Below, piece by piece: positions 22,139 through 32,081 of a DNA stretch of 64,000 nucleotides. The notes under the pieces were generated by a model. The model was not told the origin of the DNA. It saw only the letters and a list, made by a program, of their open reading frames with translations, and ran no database searches. The stretch covers positions 1,302,001-1,366,000 of the forward strand of contig CP128816.1 in NCBI GenBank assembly GCA_051546255.1. The letters are read 5' to 3'. Each line of letters begins with the position of its first letter. Within the stretch, counting starts at the first letter, position 1. The position numbers were made by a program, and so were the translations under genes. Source of the stretch: Meyerozyma guilliermondii. Its lineage: Eukaryota.

Positions 22139-22297
22139 TTGTTGTTACTGATCTTACTTGAACTTCCTAAAAATGTAAAACGCTGCAAATTGATGCTGAT
22201 GGTGTTGGTGTGAACACGACCTCTTCATGCAGTACGCCGACATTTTGGAACCGAAAAGTGTTGATTGTTAATTGACACATGAAATTACTCTATTCCA

Positions 22298-22579
22298 CTA
22301 TATAGGACCGTCATAGTACTCTCCCTCGCAGTCTTTTAAAAGTGGCTCAACTCGGGCTGCCCAATTTTTGTTTGCGTAATTTTCGTCACATCCGTCACTC
22401 TGACATTTCCGAAGTTTACGGTGAAAATGACTCGAACATAAGCAGTTTCTGATGCCCTCAATCTCCTGACATCCTTTGGCGAAAAGGACTGCTTCGTTGC
22501 ATTCTTTGTCGCACCAAAATGCTGGCCATGTATCAGCCGCGAAAGCCGTGGCTGCGAAAAGTAGAATGGAAAACTTCAT
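22298..22579 (-). CDS. Small secreted 8-Cys protein with CFEM-like cysteine spacing, no GPI tail
   Basis: Signal peptide MKFSILLFAATAFA, spacing C-x3-C-x9-C-x8-CxC-x10-C-x4-C-x19-C, TATA-like element ~40 nt upstream. Confidence 0.7.
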   Translation of the reverse strand: MKFSILLFAATAFAADTWPAFWCDKECNEAVLFAKGCQEIEGIRNCLCSSHFHRKLRKCQSDGCDENYANKNWAARVEPLLKDCEGEYYDGPI

Positions 22580-22794
22580 AATTAATGGCTGAACAAAGGT
22601 AGGATACGCTAGTGCTCTTATAAGTTATTAATGATCCGTGGTTAAAACTTTCCACCTTCTTGATTTTATTTTTCTTTTTTTGCATATTCACGAAATTAAG
22701 TAAACTCTCACTTATTGGCAACTATAAAATGAGATTATACTTACCAGCCCAATACTTTTATTCATTTTACTTCCCGTCGCATCGTCTATTTACA

Positions 22795-23649
22795 CTATTG
22801 TGACAACAGGGCGTATTCCTTCTCCAATCCCTTTAAACATTTCCACATCAACTCCACTTCACTATCATTGGCACTGCCACTAGTTGCCCATCTAATGCGC
22901 CCCTGGTGGTCCACCAAGTAGATGTAGCCGGAACAGGTATTATCACAGAGCATTTTTTGCTTGATGTCGTACGGAAACAATGACTCAGATACAATATAAT
23001 AAAGATTGTGTCTCTCATTTGGTAGTTGTGCTCTGAGATTACTTTCAGCAAGCTTAACAAACAACCCTTTTACAAAACTCTGAGGAATATTGATATCAAT
23101 GATCTGAGAATGAGGATATCTCTGCACCATCTCAGCATAATCCTGTTTCAAGTAGTTTTTTCCATCTCTATCGAAATACGAGTCTGCACATTTCTCACCA
23201 GAAACCGTGGAGTAGATCCGCACAAAACTGATTTTGTTTTGGAGAAGCTCGTAAAACAGTTGTGATTTCTTTGTTAATGTAGACGAGGAAAAGTCAGGAA
23301 AATATTTGGACTTGTCACTTCTGAAAAATGATATTGGTGGAGTGAAAATCTTACCTTTGGTATTGTTGAAAGATTTGGACTCGTAGAAAGGACTGTGTGC
23401 TATATCATGATCCAATCGTTTTTGCCGACGCTCTTTGGCCTCAGAACTAAACAATTCGTGTGTCAAGCCTCCAAAACCACTGGATTTATGGTTCAAGACT
23501 GTTCCTCTTTCCACGCCAAATGGCTTCGAAACTTTTATAGATTCCGTCAATGGTGGCTTGCTCGCCTCCTTTATGGTCTCTGCAAACCTAAGACTCTTCA
23601 AATGCGCCACAGAAGTGGAAAAAGTCCGATATCGATACACGGCCATCAT
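22795..23649 (-). CDS. ATP10: Mitochondrial F0 ATP synthase assembly factor
   Basis: KGKIFTPPISFFRSDKSKYFPDF and NTCSGYIYLVDHQGRIRWATSG. Confidence 0.92.
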   Translation of the reverse strand: MMAVYRYRTFSTSVAHLKSLRFAETIKEASKPPLTESIKVSKPFGVERGTVLNHKSSGFGGLTHELFSSEAKERRQKRLDHDIAHSPFYESKSFNNTKGKIFTPPISFFRSDKSKYFPDFSSSTLTKKSQLFYELLQNKISFVRIYSTVSGEKCADSYFDRDGKNYLKQDYAEMVQRYPHSQIIDINIPQSFVKGLFVKLAESNLRAQLPNERHNLYYIVSESLFPYDIKQKMLCDNTCSGYIYLVDHQGRIRWATSGSANDSEVELMWKCLKGLEKEYALLSQ

Positions 23650-23767
23650 TTCACTAGCGGCTCCGATTCACTGAACTCATCCGCACCATAACCGCACCCG
23701 TGCACCCACAATTCGAGCGTTGTCACCAACAAGCGATTTCTGTAGTATATGCAAAAGCACCAATAAA

Positions 23768-26029
23768 ATGTCTTTACAGTTGAGTGACGGGTTGGCCAAC
23801 CAACCACTAGACTTGGTGCTAGAGGATTTATTAGTGAGGTTTCTTGCGAATGTTCCTGATGAGGATTTGTCATCTATCGAGCGAGTGTTGTTTCAAGTCG
23901 AAGAAGCTCAATGGTTTTACACCGACTTTTTACGACAAAAGAGCCCATATTTACCCCAATTGAAGATGAAGGGGTTTGCTGCTCAACTTTTAGAGAAGTG
24001 TCCGTTGATCTGGAAATGGGGTAACCCTTCTGATGCCCTTGGAAAATTCGGCCGTTACAAGTCGACAATTCCTGTTCGTGGAGTTGCATTATTCAATAAA
24101 GATCTCACCAAAATGGTTTTGGTCAAGGGAACCGAATCCAATTCTTGGTCGTTCCCTCGTGGAAAAATCTCAAAGGATGAAGCAGATACGGTATGTGCTG
24201 CTCGTGAATGTTACGAGGAAACCAGCTATGATGTAAAAGACGCCATTTCGGAAGATAATTGCATCGAAAGAACAATTAGAGGTAAAAACTACAAGATCTA
24301 TTTGGTCAAAAATGTACCTGAAGACTTTGATTTCCAACCAATAGTTCGTGGTGAAATCGCCAAGATTCAATGGCATGATATCAAAACCACCGGAAAAAAA
24401 GTGAAATCCAACCCTAATCAGTATTTCATCGTTTCTGCGATCTGGAAACCTTTGACCCGCTGGGTCAATAAGAATAGAGGTGTTTCAAACGAAGAGGAAC
24501 TCTTGGTGAAGGCTGAGTTCAGATTGAAGGAATACTTGGGAATTCTGCCCAAGGCTCAAGAAAATGTTGATGCTGGTAGAGAACTTTTGAATATTCTTCA
24601 AGGATCGTCCAAAGAAACCTCCAATAATTTACAGGCTGCTAGTCAAAATCAAGTCAGTCTGTACCAGCAATTTATCCACAGCAGCCTTCCACAGCATCTT
24701 CACAACCTGCTTCCATTTTTTCCTTATGCGCCAGCACCACCCATGCCCATGTATTATCCTTCGTTCATTCCTCCTCAGAGCTTATCACAACCTCCAGCAC
24801 CCCAACCTCAGTCTGTACCGTCAGTTGATGCTCAGCCCAATCCATCAACTCTACAGAAACCTGCCATGAGCTCTGTTGCACCTAACTCAAAAGAGTTTTT
24901 ATCTATTTTGTCCCAGCCTAAGAAGTCAACAGCACCAACACCAGAAGAATTGCCAAAGAAGTCAACCCTTGAAAGTAATAGATCAAAAGCTCAGCAACTT
25001 ATGAGTCTTTTCAAGAAGGCGGAACCTGCTAAGGAGCCTACTTCTGAACCTGTTAAGGAGCCTACTTCAACTGAACCTAAAGAATCCGCGCCAGCTTCAA
25101 TTGAAGCCGCAAAACCAGAGCCTTCTCCACGTGTATCTCAATTTGACATTGAGAATTCCCTGCCTAATCTTGGTGTTCTTGGTGTTCAACAAGCTTCCAA
25201 TGAACTTGAAGAGTCACTTCGCTCGTCGCATCCTGGAAGTGGAAATAATTCTCGTCCTTCAACTCCAGCGGGCAAACTCAAAATCTTGAAAAGACCCACT
25301 GCCTCTGGAGATAAGCAAAATGCATCAAGTGAACTTCTCAGCTTGCTTAAGCCAAAACAAACACCTAAAAGCACCGAAGAGAACCCCCAGCTGCCCAAAG
25401 TGCAAGAAAAAATTAATGGCAATTCCAAAGCGTCTTCTGATCTTTTGAGTTTATTGAAAAAACCCAGAAGTCCAGAGCAACCCACAGTGAACACACCTGA
25501 AGTAGTGTACGATTCGACCAAGTCCAAACAAGAAGAGTCTAATAGCGAAGAATTCCAGGACTTTGAGGATTTTGAAGATTTTGATGCATTAGACCAATCT
25601 TTTGGTGCACCACCAACCAACTTTCACCAGCATTTCGATATCGATAGCGACGATGAGCATGAAGAAGAAGAGCAAGTTGAACCTGTACCAGTGATGCCAC
25701 CCAAAATACAAGTCCTCAAGAGAAACCAGGAAAATCTGGATGAGGGAGCAGGAAAATCGTTATTGCATCTCCTCAATGGGAAAACAAAAGATGTGAGTCC
25801 AAAGACGGATTTCAGCAGCATTTACGGAACGGATTCCGCTCAGGGATCAGAAGAGCCCCAATTTGTACCACCCGTTACTTCGCCATCTCAGGCTGCATCG
25901 AGCTCCTTTTTGAGTATATTGACCAGACCCACGGAAAGTAATCCTCAGGTGTCATCTCCTCCAGCCCAAAAGAACGCAAATTCACCGGCGAAAAATATAC
26001 TTGATATTTTACATGGAAGAGCAAAATGA
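23768..26029 (+). CDS. DCP2: mRNA decapping enzyme catalytic subunit
   Basis: Box A (LEDLLVRF...VEEAQWFYTDF), Nudix FPRGKISKDE...ARECYEET, disordered tail with repeated LLxLL motifs. ATG 23768. Confidence 0.95.
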   Translation: MSLQLSDGLANQPLDLVLEDLLVRFLANVPDEDLSSIERVLFQVEEAQWFYTDFLRQKSPYLPQLKMKGFAAQLLEKCPLIWKWGNPSDALGKFGRYKSTIPVRGVALFNKDLTKMVLVKGTESNSWSFPRGKISKDEADTVCAARECYEETSYDVKDAISEDNCIERTIRGKNYKIYLVKNVPEDFDFQPIVRGEIAKIQWHDIKTTGKKVKSNPNQYFIVSAIWKPLTRWVNKNRGVSNEEELLVKAEFRLKEYLGILPKAQENVDAGRELLNILQGSSKETSNNLQAASQNQVSLYQQFIHSSLPQHLHNLLPFFPYAPAPPMPMYYPSFIPPQSLSQPPAPQPQSVPSVDAQPNPSTLQKPAMSSVAPNSKEFLSILSQPKKSTAPTPEELPKKSTLESNRSKAQQLMSLFKKAEPAKEPTSEPVKEPTSTEPKESAPASIEAAKPEPSPRVSQFDIENSLPNLGVLGVQQASNELEESLRSSHPGSGNNSRPSTPAGKLKILKRPTASGDKQNASSELLSLLKPKQTPKSTEENPQLPKVQEKINGNSKASSDLLSLLKKPRSPEQPTVNTPEVVYDSTKSKQEESNSEEFQDFEDFEDFDALDQSFGAPPTNFHQHFDIDSDDEHEEEEQVEPVPVMPPKIQVLKRNQENLDEGAGKSLLHLLNGKTKDVSPKTDFSSIYGTDSAQGSEEPQFVPPVTSPSQAASSSFLSILTRPTESNPQVSSPPAQKNANSPAKNILDILHGRAK

Positions 26030-26061
26030 TCGTTTAGTACGAGAGGACTATAATCAAAAAG

Positions 26062-27390
26062 CTATAAATCAAAGAAACTTTTCACATCAGACTTGATTCT
26101 GTTTCTTTGTATTTTCGGCACATGTCGAGACAGCGATGGACGAGCTAGTTGCGACAAAGGTTCAGACTTTACTCTCGTCCTATTATCTACCACATATGTG
26201 AAACATGGCTTTGAATTGTGATTTGCATTTTTACGCTTCGTCCAGCCACTAACCATGGCGTCAGTATTGAACTGACTATCCAACGCAACATCAACATACG
26301 AAAGGTCCAAAAGGATGAAATCCTTCGACCACAGTAGGTACACTGGGTTTGTAGTGATGTCCTTCGACGAAGATTCCGCGAGGATGTGAGGACCATAGTT
26401 CTTGAATAAATATTGTAACTTTAAGGTTAGAGGAAGCGAAGACATATGGTTGTCCGATGTGACAAACCAGTTGTCATGGACGTATGACGAATTGTCCTTG
26501 TTGAGTTCCAAGTCCAGTTCGATGCAACTTAGGGAAAACGAGGCCCTGTTCTTGATATTCATCAAACTTTTGATTCCATCAATGGTGACATTTTTACAAT
26601 TGACCAAACGAATGATAGTCAATTTTGAGAGCTTTCCTTCTCGAAGTATGCTTGAAGCAAGGCTGTATACAAAAGAATCATCTATGGCGCTGTAAGACAA
26701 ATCCAAGCATACCAAGTTTTGAAAATTAAGCACCAGTAACATATCGTCTTTTGATGCTTTGAAAGAAGTTAGGTCTAAGATAATCCACGAGCAAGTCTCT
26801 AGCTTAAAACTGTAGCTCACTGTGTCTCTTATTCGCACGTTCAGATAGACGATTTCTATGCGATGTTTTCTGGAATTAGGTAGTTTGTGGTACTCGATAG
26901 CCTCATGTCGTATTTTTGCAACTTCGTTATTCAGTTTGAGTTTTTGATTGTGACATTTAAAATCTTTTTGCTTATAAAACTTCTGAGCAAACATTGAAAA
27001 AACTCTTGGTGAATCAGTATTGAGCTTGAGACATTGTTTCCATACTTCACTAAGAGCACTCCAAGGTATTTCATGAATGCTCAGTGATGCGATGAACTCG
27101 ATATTTCTCGCTACTTTGTTTGCACAAATAGCCTTAAGAGACTTTAAAGAAACTAATTTCGGTTCAAGGACCCCGCAGGGGCCACGATAGTCATACAGTG
27201 TAGGTGCTAAACGTGGCCAATCGAAAGTTGCAATTTCACTTGAATCTTGAAATAATCCGTTAGAACCCTGAACGGCTGCCAAATTGGGAACAATTGGACT
27301 TTTGCGATCTATTCTCGATTTTGTTGGTCTGAAATTCTTCGGGATGCGTCGAAAACGCTTTCTCATGAATCCCCGTGGCCGTCCCCCCAT
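26062..27390 (-). CDS. Uncharacterised protein with BC-box-like motif and leucine-rich repeats
   Basis: Long ORF with a basic NLS-like N-terminus, SLKAICANKVA, and LRR-like segments NLVCLDLSYSAIDD and KLTIIRLVNCKNVTIDGI. Confidence 0.65.
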   Translation of the reverse strand: MGGRPRGFMRKRFRRIPKNFRPTKSRIDRKSPIVPNLAAVQGSNGLFQDSSEIATFDWPRLAPTLYDYRGPCGVLEPKLVSLKSLKAICANKVARNIEFIASLSIHEIPWSALSEVWKQCLKLNTDSPRVFSMFAQKFYKQKDFKCHNQKLKLNNEVAKIRHEAIEYHKLPNSRKHRIEIVYLNVRIRDTVSYSFKLETCSWIILDLTSFKASKDDMLLVLNFQNLVCLDLSYSAIDDSFVYSLASSILREGKLSKLTIIRLVNCKNVTIDGIKSLMNIKNRASFSLSCIELDLELNKDNSSYVHDNWFVTSDNHMSSLPLTLKLQYLFKNYGPHILAESSSKDITTNPVYLLWSKDFILLDLSYVDVALDSQFNTDAMVSGWTKRKNANHNSKPCFTYVVDNRTRVKSEPLSQLARPSLSRHVPKIQRNRIKSDVKSFFDL

Positions 27391-27450
27391 ACTTATCAAT
27401 ACACGGTTCCCCAGTCAATCCTACATGCGGTTCCTGCATGGGGGTGCGTC

Positions 27451-27458
27451 CTCATCGC
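27451..27458 (+). promoter_or_regulatory. PAC element upstream of RIO2
   Basis: CTCATCGC (reverse complement of GCGATGAG) ~40 nt upstream of a ribosome biogenesis gene. Confidence 0.65.
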
Positions 27459-27497
27459 AGATGTCAAGACGCATCCTGCAAACCTTTGGAACTCACC

Positions 27498-28781
27498 ATG
27501 AAGCTTGACACCTCCAAGATGCGGTACTTGACCGCCGACGACTTCCGGGTCCTCCAGGCGGTCGAGTTAGGTTCCAGGAACCACGAACTTGTGCCCACGC
27601 AAATGATCCATTCTATTAGCGGACTCAAGTCTCCTAGTGGGACAAACCGAGCTATAGGCGATCTTGCAAAGCTCAAGCTTGTTGCACGACTCAGGAATGC
27701 AAAATACGATGGATTTCGGTTGACGTATAACGGTTATGACTACCTTGCCATAAAGTCGATGTTGAAACGTGACACTCTCTATTCTGTTGGTAACACCATT
27801 GGAGTTGGAAAAGAGTCAGATATCTACGCTGTAGGTGATCCCAAGGGAGACCAAAAGGTTCTCAAGATCCATCGACTTGGCAGAACCTCGTTCAAGACGG
27901 TGAAGAATAACCGTGATTACTTGAAAAATAGACAATCATCCAATTGGATGTACTTGAGCAGATTAGCCGCTGAAAAAGAGTACCAATTCATGGTTATTTT
28001 TCATGAGAATGGATTGCCAGTACCTCGTCCATACGACCATTCGCGCCATTGTGTGTTGATGGAATGGATAGACGGCATACCCATGAAGCATTTACGGAAA
28101 CATGCTGACTATAAGAAACTTTACTCTGATCTCATGAAATTCATTGTCAATTTGGCCAATAATGGTATTATCCACTGTGACTTTAACGAGTTTAACATTA
28201 TAGTCAAAGACCCTTCCAAGACCAAACAGCCATCTTGTTTCCAGGACTCCGAGTTTGTGGTTATCGATTTTCCTCAATGTGTGTCTATTGACCATGTAGA
28301 TGCCGAAACATACTTCAATCGAGACGTTGCTGGAATACGAGCATTTTTCGAGAAAAAATTTCGTTATGTTCCAGAAAACGATCCTATTATGCTTGACACC
28401 GACGGATATGGTGAAGGCTACAAACATGCATACCCCAGCTTTACCAGAGACGTGAAAAGGATTAATAGTTTAGACCTTGAAGTCAAGGCATCAGGCTATG
28501 CCAAGGCGAATCTGAAGGAAAGCAAAGATTTGGAATTTGCTGTTGAGAGTATGAGAATGCTAGATGAGGATCGCTTTGAAGAAGATGAGTCTGAAGATGG
28601 ATATGGCAGTACTACTGAGAGCGAAGACGATTACGACGGTTATGAGTTGGAGAGTGACGATGCTGAGTTTGAACAAGAAGAAGAAAAGTTGAAGGAAGAA
28701 AACGAGAAAATCGTCGATGCATTATCACTGGGAGTCAAGGAACTTAAAATGGACAAGCTCGGAAACTATATACTTGACTAA
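27498..28781 (+). CDS. RIO2: Atypical RIO kinase for 40S maturation
   Basis: MKLDTSKMRYL, YDGFRLTYNGYDYLA, IGVGKESDIY, HRLGRTSF, IHCDFNEFN, IDFPQ. Confidence 0.96.
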   Translation: MKLDTSKMRYLTADDFRVLQAVELGSRNHELVPTQMIHSISGLKSPSGTNRAIGDLAKLKLVARLRNAKYDGFRLTYNGYDYLAIKSMLKRDTLYSVGNTIGVGKESDIYAVGDPKGDQKVLKIHRLGRTSFKTVKNNRDYLKNRQSSNWMYLSRLAAEKEYQFMVIFHENGLPVPRPYDHSRHCVLMEWIDGIPMKHLRKHADYKKLYSDLMKFIVNLANNGIIHCDFNEFNIIVKDPSKTKQPSCFQDSEFVVIDFPQCVSIDHVDAETYFNRDVAGIRAFFEKKFRYVPENDPIMLDTDGYGEGYKHAYPSFTRDVKRINSLDLEVKASGYAKANLKESKDLEFAVESMRMLDEDRFEEDESEDGYGSTTESEDDYDGYELESDDAEFEQEEEKLKEENEKIVDALSLGVKELKMDKLGNYILD

Positions 28782-28846
28782 CAGGTCGATCTACAATAAA
28801 TCTACGAAACGTATTTTATACAGAATTAATGTGACCTAACTATACC

Positions 28847-30688
28847 TTAACGGGTGGACATACCTCTGGTGACGGCACGCTTCAATGCCAACTCAGCCTT
28901 TCTGTAGTCATCAGCAGAAGAGTCTTCGATCTCCAAAGCTTGCATGGCATCAGACAAAGCAGCCTCGATCTTGTCCTTGGCAGACTTCTTCAACTTAGCA
29001 GACAAGACTGGGTCGGTGACAGTGGACTCAACCGAGGCAACGTAAGCCTCCAACTTTTGCTTGTGCTCGTGTCTCTTGGCGAAAGCATCGTCAGACGATT
29101 TGAACTTCTCGGCGTCCTCAATCATCTTCTCAATCTCATCGGAAGACAATCTACCAATGGAGTTAGAGATGGTGATGTTAGCGGAACGACCGGTGGACTT
29201 CTCAACAGCAGTCACCTTCAAGATACCGTTGGCATCGACTTCGAAAATAGACTCCAAAACTGGTTCACCAGCTTGCATAGGAGGAATGTTCTTCAAGTCG
29301 AACTCACCCAACAAGGTGTTTTCGGAACAGTTGACACGCTCACCTTGGTAAACTGGGAACTGCACGGTGGTTTGGTGGTCAGCAACAGTGGTGAAAGTTC
29401 TTCTCTTGATGGTAGGAACAGTGGTGTTTCTTGGCACAACAGGAGCGAAAACATTACCTTGCATAGCAACACCCAATGACAATGGAATAACATCCAACAA
29501 CAACAAGTCCTTGGTGTCTTCAGAGGTGGATTGACCGGTCAAGATAGCACCTTGGACGGCAGCACCGTAAGCAACAGCCTCATCAGGGTTGATGGACTTT
29601 TCCAATTGCTTACCATCGAAGAAGTCAGACAACAATTTTTGCACCTTTGGAATTCTGGTGGAACCACCAACCAACACAACCTCATCGACAGCGGACTTGC
29701 TGACCTTGGCATCCTTCAACACTTGTTCAACTGGCTCCAAAGTGGACTTGAACAAAGCAGAGTTGATGTCTTCGAATCTAGCTCTGGTGATGTTAGCGGA
29801 GAAGTCTTCACCCTCACTAAGAGAGTCGACCTCAACGGTGGTTTGAGTGACAGATGACAAAGTTCTCTTGGCACGCTCACAAGCAGTTCTCAATCTTCTG
29901 ATAGCTCTGGCATCGTTGGTGATGTCCAAACCGGTCTTCTTCTTGAAGTCAGCCTTGAAGTGATCCAACAAGTTGGTGTCGAAATCTTGACCACCCAAAT
30001 GAGTGTCACCAGCGGTAGCCTTGACGGTGAAAACACCACCAGTAATGTTCAAAAGAGAAACATCGAAAGTACCACCACCCAAGTCGAAAATCAAAACGTT
30101 TCTCTCCTTCTCGGACTTACCAGCACCCAAACCGTAGGCAATGGCAGCAGCAGTAGGCTCGTTAATGATACGCAAAACGTTCAATCCTGCAATGGCACCG
30201 GCATCCTTGGTAGCTTGACGTTGAGCATCGTTAAAGTAAGCTGGAACGGTGACAACAGCCTTTTCAACCTTCTTACCGATCTTGGCCTCGGCAATCTCCT
30301 TCATCTTGGTCAAAACCATAGAGGAGATTTCTTGAGGAGAGAAAGACTTGGTCTCACCCAAGTACTCAACCTCAATTTGAGGGTTACCACTAGAGTTGAC
30401 AACCTTGAATGGCCAACTCTTGATATCCTTTTGAACGGATTCGTCATCGAAAGCACGACCAATCAAACGCTTAGCATCGAACACAGTGTTTCTTGGGTTC
30501 AAAGCAGCCTGGTTCTTAGCAGCATCACCAATCAATCTCTCTTCTGGAGTGAAAGCGACGAAAGAAGGAGTAACTCTGTTACCCTGTTCGTTGGCAATGA
30601 TCTCCACAGCAGAGTCATAGGTTGCCACACACGAGTAGGTAGTACCCAAATCGATACCGATTGCACCTTGGAAAACACCGTCAGCCAT
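28847..30688 (-). CDS. SSB1: Ribosome-associated Hsp70
   Basis: [22 protein letters not shown] start, no EEVD, ends [13 protein letters not shown]. Strong codon bias. RRPE TGAAAAATTTT at 30725-30735. Confidence 0.97.
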   Translation of the reverse strand: MADGVFQGAIGIDLGTTYSCVATYDSAVEIIANEQGNRVTPSFVAFTPEERLIGDAAKNQAALNPRNTVFDAKRLIGRAFDDESVQKDIKSWPFKVVNSSGNPQIEVEYLGETKSFSPQEISSMVLTKMKEIAEAKIGKKVEKAVVTVPAYFNDAQRQATKDAGAIAGLNVLRIINEPTAAAIAYGLGAGKSEKERNVLIFDLGGGTFDVSLLNITGGVFTVKATAGDTHLGGQDFDTNLLDHFKADFKKKTGLDITNDARAIRRLRTACERAKRTLSSVTQTTVEVDSLSEGEDFSANITRARFEDINSALFKSTLEPVEQVLKDAKVSKSAVDEVVLVGGSTRIPKVQKLLSDFFDGKQLEKSINPDEAVAYGAAVQGAILTGQSTSEDTKDLLLLDVIPLSLGVAMQGNVFAPVVPRNTTVPTIKRRTFTTVADHQTTVQFPVYQGERVNCSENTLLGEFDLKNIPPMQAGEPVLESIFEVDANGILKVTAVEKSTGRSANITISNSIGRLSSDEIEKMIEDAEKFKSSDDAFAKRHEHKQKLEAYVASVESTVTDPVLSAKLKKSAKDKIEAALSDAMQALEIEDSSADDYRKAELALKRAVTRGMSTR

Positions 30689-30881
30689 TTTTAATTATTG
30701 GGTGAACTAGTCAGGAAGATGGTCTGAAAAATTTTCAGAAAAAAAATGCACCTGCAGGGCTGAAGTGTGGCCTGGGAGTTACGCAGGCCGGGAGGAGAAG
30801 TGCGCACCCCCAGTTAGTGCGCGCGAAAGGCTCACAGCCGTAAAATGAGCTGAAGAGCTGAATGTAGGAAATGTCAGAATT

Positions 30882-31814
30882 TTATAGGATCTGCTCCACC
30901 ATGAGCTTGACCGTATCGTAGAGAAATTCATACTGATGCAGCGTCTGGACCATCATCATTCGTTGCTGGCGCAATTTTGTAACGGTGTCGAGGATGGGAT
31001 CTCGGTCGTTTTCGGGGTTGATAACCGATTGGACATGGTGCAACAAGTGATCCACCGTGATATAGGTGCCGGTTCTGCCCACTCCAGCGGAGCAATGTAT
31101 GATGGGAATTGGTCGATTGGGGACCGTGGACTGTAAAAGGCGGATTCTACGCGAAAGCGTCACCAAGGGCCTTGCTGACGGTGGACTTCGAGAGTCTACC
31201 CATTTGGAGTAGTAGTAATGGTGCACCGTTTTTGACTTTTGTGGTGTCAGTAATGTAAATTTGGACACGAGGAAACCTCCTTCGTCGTCCCAGGACAGTG
31301 AATTGTATTCGAGAGTCAATTTTTCTGTGAATCCATCGCGGTGGAGATCGTTGGTCAAGTACATAATTGGTTCGTGTTCATCGGGCCAATATTTGCAACA
31401 TTTAGTCATACCATTTTCCACGAGCGGAGTCACCATAGCGACGATGATGGTGTCGTTGTGCTGTAGTTCTGACTGCTGGAAGCACATGGCCCAGAAATGG
31501 TGGATAGTTGCTGGCATTGGACCCTGGCTAGCAATGTAACGGCTGCTGGAATCGATCTCTATGTGAGAAGCATTGATGTAATCCGAGTAATTAGGGAGAA
31601 CCTTGAGATGAACACGATTGAAATTCCATGGAAACACGTTTATATATCTGTTTCTGCTAGCATTGCGTGGTGCTGAAGCGTCGCTAATAGACCAAGATGA
31701 CATATCAGGCACCGCCATGGCTTCCTCGATTCTTCCCAACTCTTGTACTTGCAACTGGGAAAAGAGCGACTTTCGAGCCGACGCCAGCTGTCGGAGGTAG
31801 GGTGGAAATTGCAT
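30882..31814 (-). CDS. PTP1: Protein tyrosine phosphatase
   Basis: RNRYINVFP, DYINAS, YIASQGP, HCSAGVGRTG, QRMMMVQT. Lies next to SSB as in S. cerevisiae. Confidence 0.85.
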   Translation of the reverse strand: MQFPPYLRQLASARKSLFSQLQVQELGRIEEAMAVPDMSSWSISDASAPRNASRNRYINVFPWNFNRVHLKVLPNYSDYINASHIEIDSSSRYIASQGPMPATIHHFWAMCFQQSELQHNDTIIVAMVTPLVENGMTKCCKYWPDEHEPIMYLTNDLHRDGFTEKLTLEYNSLSWDDEGGFLVSKFTLLTPQKSKTVHHYYYSKWVDSRSPPSARPLVTLSRRIRLLQSTVPNRPIPIIHCSAGVGRTGTYITVDHLLHHVQSVINPENDRDPILDTVTKLRQQRMMMVQTLHQYEFLYDTVKLMVEQIL

Positions 31815-32081
31815 GTATGGTGATGAGAGGTGGTGATTCGCGATCAGAGTTGATAAAGAAGAGTGCGGCTGCGCATAAAAACTCGGAATGCAAAATGTGG
31901 GCGGAGGCACAACTGTTATAGGTCATAACAAATAGTCGTCCTTATACAGTTGTCCTTATACAGTGTCCTTGTACAATTGTACTTGGATAATCGTAATTAT
32001 ATAATCTATTTCTGTATATTCAGAATTTTCAGGTGAGACATCGAGTTCTTGAGCCCTTTGGGTTGCCCAAGGCCGCTCGCT

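Noticed and set aside
28940..30694. Long plus-strand ORFs antisense to SSB1 (179, 108 and 244 aa)
   Set aside because: Typical by-product of strong codon bias in HSP70 genes. The frames are broken by stops and show no recognisable protein.
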